A stretch of 64,000 nucleotides of DNA, from positions 71,890 through 135,889 of the forward strand of contig JBIOXB010000139.1 in assembly GCA_044869275.1 (NCBI GenBank), given 5' to 3'. Source of the stretch: a bacterium. Its GTDB lineage: Bacteria; Zhuqueibacterota; Zhuqueibacteria; Zhuqueibacterales; Zhuqueibacteraceae. Positions within the stretch are counted from its first letter, which is position 1. The number at the start of each line of letters is the position of its first letter. The translations under genes and the position numbers were made by a program. Below the pieces are notes generated by a model, which saw nothing but the letters and a program-made list of their open reading frames with translations, did not search any database and was not told the origin of the DNA. Below, piece by piece: positions 10,482-19,795 of the stretch.

Positions 10482-12326
10482 TCAATGCCGAGTATTTTGA
10501 TACTTTTTGTAGATGTGCATGATCCCCGGCACATAGGCGGCGGTTTCCGCTGGCATCCCCTCCGCGCCACCGCCGTGAAGCTGCCATCTCCCCGCCCAAC
10601 GTTCACCGGCGTTGTACCCAGCCAGGCCGGCCTCCATGCCATACATGTCGATCAACATGGCGAGATAACGGCAGCCGAGCCGGAGGTTGTAGTTCGGATT
10701 GAAAAGAACTTCCTCCGCGCTGGTCCAGGGAATGCCTTCGGCCTCGGCCAAGTAAATGCCGGTGGCCGGCATGATTTGCATCAATCCCATTGCGCCAGCC
10801 CACGAAACCGCGTTCGGATTCCAGGAGGCCTCAAAGGTAATCGTGGCACAGATCAGCTCGATATTCAATTGGGGATATTTGCGCGTCATGCGCTCGATCT
10901 CGTCGGCCAGAGACAGCCTCAGCGCCGATTCCAACTTCGGGGCCAGGCGGTCGATCATCCTCCTCGCCCTTTCCAGATCGAGCTGGCGCAGACTATCCGA
11001 TTGTTGGATGGCCTGCAGCTTCTGGGCATGATCTTGCAGGCCATCGAGCTGTACCCGTTGGTGCTGCTGCGAGCGCTGCAGATGCTTGTGCAGTTCGATC
11101 GCAGCGGGCCCCCAAACCACCGCCAGAGTGAAGGCGGCGACTTCGATTGCCGCAACGCGAAGCCGGCGGCGCTTGGGTGTCTCTAGCTCTGCGACAAAAG
11201 GCGGCGCGGCGCTGTCGTATGCTTCCTCGTCGAGGTCTGCCACTGCCGGGTAGTCAAGGGCTTTGCGAGCGAGAGCTTCTTCCTCTGTCGCAGCCGGCAT
11301 GGTCACGGCAACTGCAGGAGAGGAAAGCGGCCATGCGGCCTCCTCTTCCGGCGCGCTGACAATATCGACCTCCAAAGCTTTCAACACCTCTGGCATGGAG
11401 AAGGCCAGGGCAAAACGAGGCGCGGTGCTGCTGGCGAAATGCAGTGCCACCGCACGCCGCGTTGAACTCTCCAGCCACCATGCACCGGAGTCTCCCGCAC
11501 CGCTGAGCGGCTGTTCTGGTGCTTCCGGCGCAATGTGGACCAGCGGACCCACCACGTGGTTGGTGCTGCCATACAAATGCATGGCATAACCCAACACCCC
11601 GGTGATGACACCGCGAGTGACACCGGTTCCTGCGCCGGATTTTATCACGCGCATTCCCAATTGCGGAATGGTCACGCCGGTCACAGGGCCGATTCCAATT
11701 TGCTCATGGCGCAGTGGCTTGAGACTGCGAAGCTGCGCCACGGCCGCGTCCAGGCCACAGTGGATGGCGCTGCGCTGGTATTCGGCGATGGTTTCCGCTT
11801 CGCCGTCCGCCGCCCTCGCGATGAGCGAGCCCAGCTGCATCTCTTGCTCCCCCGGCTCCGCCCCCGATAACACGTGCCAACTGCTGAGCAGCATCTCCGC
11901 GCCGCTTTGCCGGTCGCGCACTTTACCGCCCAAAGTTCCCCGGCGATGATCATGTGGATTCGAGAGGGCGAGCCCTCCTGCCAGAAACGGGCGCGAATCG
12001 CAAAGCTCCTCTGCACGCGTTGAAGTGGCCTGCCACCAATCCAAGCGGTAAATGGCCTCGGGGACGTCAACGGCAAAGCCCAAACGCTGAGCCTCGATCA
12101 CGCGGTGCGATTCGGCAACCGCCCATGCTTGAAAGGCCGCGTCCAGCAGTTTGCGGCGAAGGTGAATGCGCACCGCCAGCTCCGGCTCGAGCCTATGCTG
12201 GTCGGCGGAACGCGTGCGCAAACCGAGATCGATGAGCGCGACGTTCGGATCGTCGAGATACAGGACCAAGGCCTTTTCGAGCGCGCGGCGTGCAGCGCTC
12301 CAGGTTTTCGGATCAATGTTCATCAT
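10482..12326 (-). CDS. Trypsin-like (S1/Nal1-type) serine protease - acidic linker - TM - coiled coil - SLT lytic transglycosylase fusion
   Basis: Protease: GTLGG, LSSWHVL, LDAAVA, KSGAGTGVTRG, GDSGA, LHFA. SLT: ITFEASW (catalytic Glu position), AMGLMQIMPAT, NLRLGCRYL, AGYNAG, ETAAYV. Confidence 0.88.
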   Translation of the reverse strand: MMNIDPKTWSAARRALEKALVLYLDDPNVALIDLGLRTRSADQHRLEPELAVRIHLRRKLLDAAFQAWAVAESHRVIEAQRLGFAVDVPEAIYRLDWWQATSTRAEELCDSRPFLAGGLALSNPHDHRRGTLGGKVRDRQSGAEMLLSSWHVLSGAEPGEQEMQLGSLIARAADGEAETIAEYQRSAIHCGLDAAVAQLRSLKPLRHEQIGIGPVTGVTIPQLGMRVIKSGAGTGVTRGVITGVLGYAMHLYGSTNHVVGPLVHIAPEAPEQPLSGAGDSGAWWLESSTRRAVALHFASSTAPRFALAFSMPEVLKALEVDIVSAPEEEAAWPLSSPAVAVTMPAATEEEALARKALDYPAVADLDEEAYDSAAPPFVAELETPKRRRLRVAAIEVAAFTLAVVWGPAAIELHKHLQRSQQHQRVQLDGLQDHAQKLQAIQQSDSLRQLDLERARRMIDRLAPKLESALRLSLADEIERMTRKYPQLNIELICATITFEASWNPNAVSWAGAMGLMQIMPATGIYLAEAEGIPWTSAEEVLFNPNYNLRLGCRYLAMLIDMYGMEAGLAGYNAGERWAGRWQLHGGGAEGMPAETAAYVPGIMHIYKKYQNTRH

Positions 12327-12341
12327 ATGCTTCTTTGATGC

Positions 12342-13076
12342 TCAAGGGGCGACTCTTAAAAACGGTCCTCGATAAAAAGCCATCGGAGAATCGGGGCGAA
12401 GCGCAAAGGCGACGAGCTGCAATAGATAATGCCCGATGCCGGGGACTTTGAATTCAACCCGCAGGTCATATTCAGTTTGACCGGGATACATTATTTCTGT
12501 TTGCGAGCCCAGCAGCTTGCACTCGCCGGTGTTGGTGTCGGCAGCATGAATTTGAACGCAGAGAGAAATATGCGGCGGAACCGAGCTCGGGATCAACTTG
12601 CCAGCCACGCCGCAGCGAATTTCGCCGCGCAAGTATTTTATCGTTGTGGCGTTCGACCTGGCCGGCATTTCCACCGGTGCGAATCTGACCTCGTCGATGG
12701 ACAATGCCGGTTCGGGTGGGCGAATTTCCAGCATTGCTTCGCCTGCCTTCTTCTCCGCGACATTCTCTTCTTTTTCTTCACACGACACAGCGGCAATTGC
12801 CTTTTCATTGGCAAACAATTGCGCCCAATCCAACCATTCCTGACTGGCAATGCTTGTGGCCGCGATCGCAGTGCCGGCGCGTTCTTGCAGCTCGCGCGAC
12901 AGGGTTTCCGGCGTATGCCCCAAAAAGTCGGAGAACTTTCGTATGCCCACACTGTTGAGCGCCATCTCCATGGCCGGATCGATGCCGGGGATATTCAACA
13001 AGTCATCACGACCTAAAAGCAGCAGGGCTGAAGACGGCAAGACCGTCGGTTGGTAATTGTGCTCGGCTTGTTTCAT
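12342..13076 (-). CDS. Helix-hairpin-helix (DUF4332-like) protein with C-terminal beta-sandwich-like domain
   Basis: DDLLNIPGIDPAMEMALNSVGI...EWLDWA HhH-type motif; start chosen at the ATG after a GGAG RBS. Confidence 0.72.
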   Translation of the reverse strand: MKQAEHNYQPTVLPSSALLLLGRDDLLNIPGIDPAMEMALNSVGIRKFSDFLGHTPETLSRELQERAGTAIAATSIASQEWLDWAQLFANEKAIAAVSCEEKEENVAEKKAGEAMLEIRPPEPALSIDEVRFAPVEMPARSNATTIKYLRGEIRCGVAGKLIPSSVPPHISLCVQIHAADTNTGECKLLGSQTEIMYPGQTEYDLRVEFKVPGIGHYLLQLVAFALRPDSPMAFYRGPFLRVAP

Positions 13077-13279
13077 TTTCGACAATCTCCATTTTATGCT
13101 TGCGCTCTCCAAGAGATTGAAGTATATTGATTTTACCTTCTCCAAGAGAGCCGCAGAGAGCGCACACGCTTGACCAGCGATCGGACCAATGTATTGGCTG
13201 CTGACGCGTGACCTTATGCATGCTTGTGGCGCGCTTGAAAACATCCTGCCTTAACCCTTCAAAACCAGGAGAACATACA

Positions 13280-13516
13280 ATGTCTAATGTCATCAATGTC
13301 AATTTCAATCCCACACCTGACTTTGAACATCATGAAACCCAAGGCTCACGCAACGGCGACTGGATCGTTTTTCGTTGCGCGCAATGCCAGGATTACGAAC
13401 GCCGGCTGAATTGGCGCACCGGAGAAACCACGGTGCGGAATAGCAGTGCCAACATCGATCATCATGGCAAGTATTACCCGCGGGACATCATAGCCGCCTT
13501 CGAGAATGTCAATTAA
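13280..13516 (+). CDS. Small hypothetical CxxC/His protein (possible Zn ribbon)
   Basis: AGGAG RBS, 78 aa, HH...FRCAQC...HH; stop overlaps the convergent gene. Confidence 0.65.
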   Translation: MSNVINVNFNPTPDFEHHETQGSRNGDWIVFRCAQCQDYERRLNWRTGETTVRNSSANIDHHGKYYPRDIIAAFENVN

Positions 13517-14550
13517 TTAGCGAACATCAGGCCGCCATCGAGTGAAGCCGTGCAGGTCGAATGCTCTCCCTTCGTCATGGCGAGAGTCACCGTAGCATGG
13601 AGGCGATAGGCACCGGCCAGCAACGGCTTGGCGATCAAATTCAGAGTAACAATTCCTGTCGGAGTAATATGATCGTGTGCTTCAACGAGGATTTCACCCA
13701 AGTTGCTACTTAAACTTTTCGCGTAAACGATGGCTTCATAAGCCATCGGCGCCGTGCCGAACTTGTTCACCGCTTCAAGATCAAGGGTGAGACGTAAACC
13801 AAATGACCGGCCAGCTCTTACCTGGCGAGGGCCAGTAGCGTCGGCTTTCGAGATTTCCAGTTTCCGCAGATGCGGCACGTGACCGTTATTCGGGGGGGCA
13901 ACCGGTGAAGCCGCTGGCCCAACCGGCGCAGCTTGACGTTCCTTCCGCTGTAGCTTTTGCTGCAGAGCGTGAGCGGCGGGCGATTCCAGTAAAGCCGGGG
14001 GAAGTGAGCCACCGATCGATTTTTTGTCCAACGCGGATGCGGGCAAATCTATCTTTGCCTCGTATGCCGCAGCAAGGGCTTTGGGTTTTTCCAAAATGGC
14101 CAATCTTTTTTCCAATTCTTGCATTCGGCCTTCGCCATAGAGTCGTTGCCGCTCAATCTCGCTGCGATCCCCTTTTAGCGCCTCGGCCTGTTGCACGGCA
14201 TTCTCTGCCGTTGCCTTCGCCTGTTCCTGAAGGCTGACAATCTCCTCCTGCATTTTCACAATCGCGCTCTTCAGCGCCTGCCCTTCTTGTTTGATGTTCT
14301 TCAGGTCCTCGAGCACCTCGTTTCGATCAGCAGGCGCTAACGCAGACTCAGCCCCGCCCCATTTCACCGAGATTTCTTCATCTGTGATAGTCACCAGCTT
14401 TGATTCCTCTGCCGGCGCAATGACAGGCGCGTCTATTGGTTTTTCCTGCTGGCCTTGGTTGTTTCTTTTGTGTTTTCTTTTTTTATGCTGCGCCAGCGCT
14501 CGCGACTGGCTTCTGTTTTCAGCTTGCTCTTCTTTTCTTAATGCGTTCAT
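13513..14550 (-). CDS. Hypothetical coiled-coil protein with C-terminal beta-sandwich-like domain
   Basis: GAGGTG RBS before MNALRK; basic patch, heptad region, Pro/Ala linker, then a beta-rich domain ending LAGAYRLHATVTL...GGLMF. Confidence 0.7.
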   Translation of the reverse strand: MNALRKEEQAENRSQSRALAQHKKRKHKRNNQGQQEKPIDAPVIAPAEESKLVTITDEEISVKWGGAESALAPADRNEVLEDLKNIKQEGQALKSAIVKMQEEIVSLQEQAKATAENAVQQAEALKGDRSEIERQRLYGEGRMQELEKRLAILEKPKALAAAYEAKIDLPASALDKKSIGGSLPPALLESPAAHALQQKLQRKERQAAPVGPAASPVAPPNNGHVPHLRKLEISKADATGPRQVRAGRSFGLRLTLDLEAVNKFGTAPMAYEAIVYAKSLSSNLGEILVEAHDHITPTGIVTLNLIAKPLLAGAYRLHATVTLAMTKGEHSTCTASLDGGLMFAN

Positions 14551-14687
14551 AACGCACCTCATGAGATAGCGATGATAACGGGAAATTGAGTGTCGTAACC
14601 CAATTTGTGCCGATGAAAACACTGGCCCCTCGCTGCTAGAAGTTGCGGCGAGGGGCCAAGTTGTTACTTGCAGCGAACTGCCAAGCA

Positions 14688-15131
14688 TTACGGCACCGAT
14701 ACGTAGAACTGCAGGATCCCACCTTCGCAGTAGCCGGCGATAGGACCAGGCGTTCCGACGAGGTTCAGATAAGTGATGGTCGTCACCAGCTTATAGGCGC
14801 CTGCCTCAATGGTGAAAGGCGGCGTGACAATCTCGGTCAGAAACGGCAGATAGAGGTTCGGTGCGACGCTGGGCGCTAAAGGCACCAGCACATCAGCCGC
14901 GGGGAGATCGTAATCGGGGTTATTTCCCAGACTTTCGAGACGGACACGCACGCGCCATGTGCCACCGATCATGGCATTCAAAGTGCCTTCGGTTTGTAGC
15001 TTGACGCGAACACGCCAAGTCTCGCTGGTCTTGATGAGAGAGGTAGGATCGAAGATACCAGCTTCGAACACCTCACAGGTACCGCTGACGTTGAAATCGG
15101 TACCGCGGTCCTCAAAGATGAATTCAGACAT
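14688..15131 (-). CDS. Hypothetical all-beta protein (stand-alone version of the shared domain)
   Basis: GGAG RBS; alternating hydrophobic strands; ends AGAYKLVTTITY...PGPIAGYCEGGILQFY. Confidence 0.75.
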   Translation of the reverse strand: MSEFIFEDRGTDFNVSGTCEVFEAGIFDPTSLIKTSETWRVRVKLQTEGTLNAMIGGTWRVRVRLESLGNNPDYDLPAADVLVPLAPSVAPNLYLPFLTEIVTPPFTIEAGAYKLVTTITYLNLVGTPGPIAGYCEGGILQFYVSVP

Positions 15132-15275
15132 ATAAAAACTCCGTGAATTAAAGGATGAAACATTTAGTGAATTATTGATGAGCTTTGCCTCGCTGTCGAT
15201 CCGGCTGAGATGAAGTGCAAGAAGCGATCTTCAACCGATCATCACTCATCCGTGCATCTTCACTCAAAACCTTTT

Positions 15276-15291
15276 TTCAAACGGCATGCCA
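15276..15291 (-). promoter_or_regulatory. Candidate sigma54 -24/-12 promoter
   Basis: Minus strand reads TGGCATGCCGTTTGAA versus consensus TGGCACNNNNNTTGCW (GA instead of GC at -12), about 145 bp upstream of the ATG at 15131. Confidence 0.45.
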
Positions 15292-15400
15292 CTTTTCTTT
15301 TCAGATTCGAGGGTATTGCTTTAACGATCGAAATACCAAAACCATAAAGCGGCAATATTCGCGCTGCAGTCTCGCGGAGAGGAATGGCGCCAACTCGGAC

Positions 15401-15715
15401 GATTTCCAAAAAGCCTCCCGTTCTTCTTCCTCCGTCGAGAAGGCTTTGGTAGAGATTATTCAGCAAGTTGGAAAAAATAAACGGTGAGAATCCACAGCGC
15501 AAGCAAGCGGGCCTTGGAAATCGGCGCGCTCTCGAATTTCGCAGCGCCGGCTTGGAAATCGCCGCAGCTTGATTTGGAAATCCGCCAAAGCCGGCGTTTC
15601 CAAAAATTTTCCACGCAAGACGGGCATTTCTTGAAGATCCCTTGATACGCTTATGAGAATACTGTCCAAGTCATCCAAACAAAATATCTGCGCGAAAACG
15701 GAGTATTTGGAAATC
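15401..15715. promoter_or_regulatory. Cluster of five TTGGAAATC boxes, candidate upstream activator sites
   Basis: Exact copies at 15514, 15552, 15574, 15707 and inverted (GATTTCCAA) at 15401. Confidence 0.5.
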
Positions 15716-16126
15716 AATTCTTTTCCTTGGCCAGCGAAGCGATACTTGCGGGCACACGATCTCTGCAAGCGCCTGTTTTTAAAAAGAATTTCCACAACTA
15801 TGATTGTCGATCATTTTGGGAACAGTTTTTGTCAGTTGGTGGAGAGGAAATGGAGAAGAAGCAGAGAGCACTCAAAGTTAAAAGCCAAGTGAGGTCGAAT
15901 GATCATCGAACATGAGCAATAGGTTGCACGGCAAGGGAGGCATAATTGCTTTTGAGAGAATTCGTTGCCTTTGGTGTCCATATTCATAGCAGTTCATTAC
16001 TGCGAAAAGTGTTATTGCCTCGACCATCACCTTGCCTGGCCTTCTCTCCATGGCAATAGCCTGTCACCGGGTTGCTGCTTGACAAACCCTGCCCAATTGC
16101 CCGCAGGTAAAATGGAGGTAGCGTTC

Positions 16127-16441
16127 ATGGAACTTTTTCTTAATCTCAATTGCGCCGTGCTCATGTTCTTGTTGAATTCCAATTTGTTCGCCCAGGCCAG
16201 GAATCAGGTTTTTACCGGCGCAAGGCCGTTGGCGCTGGGAGAAGCTTTCGTGGCGGTCGCCGACGACGGCAATGCTATTTATTGGAATCCGGCGGGAAGG
16301 CAGCGCGTCGACGAGATATCTGACGCGGCGGTGAATGCGCAACTTGACCAAGCTTTGCGCCGCGGACCGAAACAGCCTCCCAAAAAACCAAATCGTCCCG
16401 TGCTCCGGCCGGGACGACCTAAAAAACCAATCGCGGAATAG
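16127..16441 (+). pseudogene. Remnant of PorV/PorQ-like outer membrane protein gene
   Basis: GGAGG RBS, signal peptide, GARPLALGEAFVAVADDGNAIYWNPAG signature, then an abrupt switch to an unrelated short tail; no barrel strands. Confidence 0.72.
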
Positions 16442-16711
16442 TTCGGACCGGGAGGACTGCGCCCTGGTATTGGGCATTTTGAGCATTTCACCAGGTATGT
16501 CCCCAAGGCTACGCCCTGGCGAGGCATAAACTAAAATGAGAGGCGGCACCGTTGTAAAATCATCGCTCTTGTCTCTTCAAAGAATTGTCCACGAAAAAGG
16601 AATCGCTTATAAAAAACTGAATGGACTAAACCCAGCGATTTGTCCCGAAATATTTCAAGCAAGATCATTGCGGTAAAATGATCGCCGCCGCATGCACGAT
16701 TTGACACGACA

Positions 16712-19699
16712 TTGGAGCCACCCATGCCAGCATCTGTGTTTGCCCATCATCGATTATGGGGGAGAATCACTCTCGGATTTCTTGCCGTGCTTTTGCCGCT
16801 CTGGCTTTTTGATACGGTCGGATTTCTAAAGGCTTTCGAATTGCAGTTTTTGGACAGGATGATGAAGTTGCGCGGCCATCGCGACCCGAGCCCCAATCTC
16901 ATCCTGGTCACGATCGACAATCAGGCCGCCAACGCGCTGGGGTCGCCGCTGCCGCGGCGGTACTACACACAATTGCTGCGCGCCTTGAGCCAATACGGCG
17001 CCAAAACCATCGTGCTTGATCTGCAGTTCAACACGCATCATGATGTGGAAGCGGATATCGAACTCGCAAAACTCATGCAATCGCTCGGTAACGTCATCCA
17101 ACCTTTTTTGTTTCAGTATCGTCTGGAAGATGACTTCGATCATAAAATCGAAAGGGCAACGCCGCAGAACAGCGCGTATGCACAATTCAGTATAAGGCCT
17201 AAGCAATACGCTGATCTTTCCTTTATCTTGGGTGACTCGGCGATGCTGCCGCATCGAATTTTTATTGAAACCGCGGCCAAGGCCGGCCTGGTTTTTATCT
17301 ATCCGGACGACGACGGCGGATACCGCCGGCTGCCCTTGTTGTGTAAAAACTTTGGAAAAGTCTATGCGGCCTTGAGCTTGTTAGCGATCTGCGATTATCA
17401 CAACATTTCGCCGGACAGCTTGCGCATTCAGCAGAATTTTTGGGGGTATCAACTCGCTCTCCCTTTCGCATCAACCGCGGTCAATATACCCATCAACCGG
17501 CAGGGGCAGACGCTGCTGAATTTTTACGGTCCATTTGAAGCTTTCAAATCCTATTCGATCCTTGACATTCTCGAATCGTTGCAGGAGCTCGAGCAGCGCA
17601 AAGCGCCGCGCGTGCCCTTGCGAGATTTTGCCGGCAAAATCGTTCTCCTCGGCACCAACGAGAGCCTGCGCAAGGATTTCTTCGTCACTCCTTTTGCCGA
17701 GGATTTTCCCGGCATGGGCATTCATGCCACCGCCATCAGCAATTTTCTCAACGGCGACAGCTTGCGGCAGTTGCCGCAGCGCCTCGAGGCCGGACTCGTT
17801 ATTATTCTCGCTCTCCTCCTGACCGGCGGCATGTTGCTCGCCAGCCGCCTCAACAAAGCGCGCGAGACAATTTATGCCGGGCTGATCTTTGGGGCAATTT
17901 TGCTGGCGTTCAATGCGTGTGCCTATGTGCTGCTGTTCGAAAGCTGGCATGTTGTGCCTCCCATGCTGAAAACCAATGGCGCGCTCGTACTGTTGTTTGT
18001 TGCCACGACGATTTATGAAAAAAACTGGGGCGTCAGGACGCTCAATCGCGAGGTCGGGCGCTTGGAAAGCGCCATGCAAGAGCGCTTGGCAGAAATGAAC
18101 ACGCTCAATGCCAAGATCAGCGCCCGTGATGAAGAATACAAAACGCTGGAGTTTTTAATCAAAGACTTCGAAAATCTTTTTTCTCATCCGCCGGCCGAGC
18201 TGACCAGTTTGTTGCAGAATCCGCTGGATCGCATGCGCCTTGTCAAAGAACAAATTAGATATGAATTGGATCACTTGCATGATGACAAACATCGCCTGGA
18301 GAATGAGAATAAAGATCTCGAATCACAAATAATAAGGCTCAGAGCAATCCAACCGGAACCTGCCCCCGGCGCGGCAGAAAAGAATAAGGAGGCCCCCACT
18401 CCTGGAGAAACGCCGCAGAAAAAATTGGAAGAAATGAATGGGGTGATGGAGCAATATAAAAAATTCAGGGATAAAGCCCAGGTTACGCACTATTTCGATC
18501 CGGCGTTCAACATGATCACCGCGGTGATGAATGGCCGGCCCGATGACGAGCCGAAAAAATCCAAAATGCAGGAAATCTTCTCGCTCATCGAGCGCATTAG
18601 CCCGTATGATTCCACAGTATTGATCACGGGCGCCATCGGCACCGGCAAAACGGAATTGGCCAAAGCCATCCACCATCGCAGCCGTCGCAAACAGGGGCCA
18701 TTCAAGTGCATCAACATTGCGTCGATTCCGGAGAATTTGATCGAGTCCGAGTTGTTTGGCCATACCAAAGGCGCGTTTACCGGCGCCCTGAACGATCGCA
18801 AAGGCGCGTTTGAATACCTCAACGGCGGCACCATCGTTCTCGATGAGATCGGCGACCTCAAACCGGAATCGCAAGTCAAATTGTTGCACGTGCTGCAGGA
18901 GAAAAAGTTCAGCCGTGTGGGTAGCAACGAGCAGATCGAAGTCGACGTGCGCATTATCACCGCCACCAACCAGGACTTGCAGGAGCTTATCCGGGAGAAA
19001 AAGTTCCGCGAAGATTTGTATTCCCGGTTGAATGTGATCCGCATTCAGGTGCCGCCATTGCGCGAGCGCCGCGAGGAAATTCCCCACTACGTCCATTATT
19101 TTTTGGCCAATTTCAACAAAAAATATGATCAACAAAAACGCGTAAGCGACGATGCCTTGATGGCCATGATTCTCCACGATTGGCAAAACAACATTCGTGA
19201 TCTGAAAAATGCGGTGGATAGAGCCTACGTCCACAGTGGGGACCATACCATCCGTCTGGGCGACTTGGATGAAGACATGCAAAAAAGTTATCGCGCCGTT
19301 TTTACCGAGCAATCCGCCAGCATGTGGGAAGGCTTGGTCAAAAGCGCTCGAGCAGAAATAGACAACCTGATGGACAAGTGCCGGGAGCTTCTGCATGCGG
19401 GGAATGTCGAGCAAGCTTTACAGTTGGGCCAGCTCAAAATGGGGGATTTGACTTACGAAAGCTGCTATGAATGCATCCAAGCTTATCTCGACAATGAAGG
19501 TTCATCCTTTCCGCACAACCAGAGAGAAAAGCTGGCCAAGCAAATCATCGTGGTTATGCAAAAGGAACTTTACGCCTGGTGCAAGGAGGAAAAACTCGGC
19601 AGCATGGAGGTTTTGTCCAAAGAAATCGAAAAACTGCTCGGCCGTGGCCGCCGGCAAGTGGACAATTGGGAACGCGAAGTCGGCGCGCCCGCGCGGTAA
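16712..19699 (+). CDS. CHASE2 sensor - 3 TM - coiled coil - sigma54 AAA+ activator
   Basis: CHASE2 motifs (ILVTID, PRRYY, IVLDL, DDDGGYRR, GKIVLLG, TPF..FPGMGIHA); AAA+ GAIGTGKT, ESELFGHTKGAFTGA, LDEIGD, FREDLYSRLN. Start may be the ATG at 16724. Confidence 0.9.
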   Translation: MEPPMPASVFAHHRLWGRITLGFLAVLLPLWLFDTVGFLKAFELQFLDRMMKLRGHRDPSPNLILVTIDNQAANALGSPLPRRYYTQLLRALSQYGAKTIVLDLQFNTHHDVEADIELAKLMQSLGNVIQPFLFQYRLEDDFDHKIERATPQNSAYAQFSIRPKQYADLSFILGDSAMLPHRIFIETAAKAGLVFIYPDDDGGYRRLPLLCKNFGKVYAALSLLAICDYHNISPDSLRIQQNFWGYQLALPFASTAVNIPINRQGQTLLNFYGPFEAFKSYSILDILESLQELEQRKAPRVPLRDFAGKIVLLGTNESLRKDFFVTPFAEDFPGMGIHATAISNFLNGDSLRQLPQRLEAGLVIILALLLTGGMLLASRLNKARETIYAGLIFGAILLAFNACAYVLLFESWHVVPPMLKTNGALVLLFVATTIYEKNWGVRTLNREVGRLESAMQERLAEMNTLNAKISARDEEYKTLEFLIKDFENLFSHPPAELTSLLQNPLDRMRLVKEQIRYELDHLHDDKHRLENENKDLESQIIRLRAIQPEPAPGAAEKNKEAPTPGETPQKKLEEMNGVMEQYKKFRDKAQVTHYFDPAFNMITAVMNGRPDDEPKKSKMQEIFSLIERISPYDSTVLITGAIGTGKTELAKAIHHRSRRKQGPFKCINIASIPENLIESELFGHTKGAFTGALNDRKGAFEYLNGGTIVLDEIGDLKPESQVKLLHVLQEKKFSRVGSNEQIEVDVRIITATNQDLQELIREKKFREDLYSRLNVIRIQVPPLRERREEIPHYVHYFLANFNKKYDQQKRVSDDALMAMILHDWQNNIRDLKNAVDRAYVHSGDHTIRLGDLDEDMQKSYRAVFTEQSASMWEGLVKSARAEIDNLMDKCRELLHAGNVEQALQLGQLKMGDLTYESCYECIQAYLDNEGSSFPHNQREKLAKQIIVVMQKELYAWCKEEKLGSMEVLSKEIEKLLGRGRRQVDNWEREVGAPAR

Positions 19700-19795
19700 A
19701 CGTGCCGCTCCTGATCCACGCGCCGGGAATACGGTCACGCAGCGTGGAGTTCGTGATCATCATGCGGCAGGCTGCGCCCAGTCGTTTTTCTCTTT

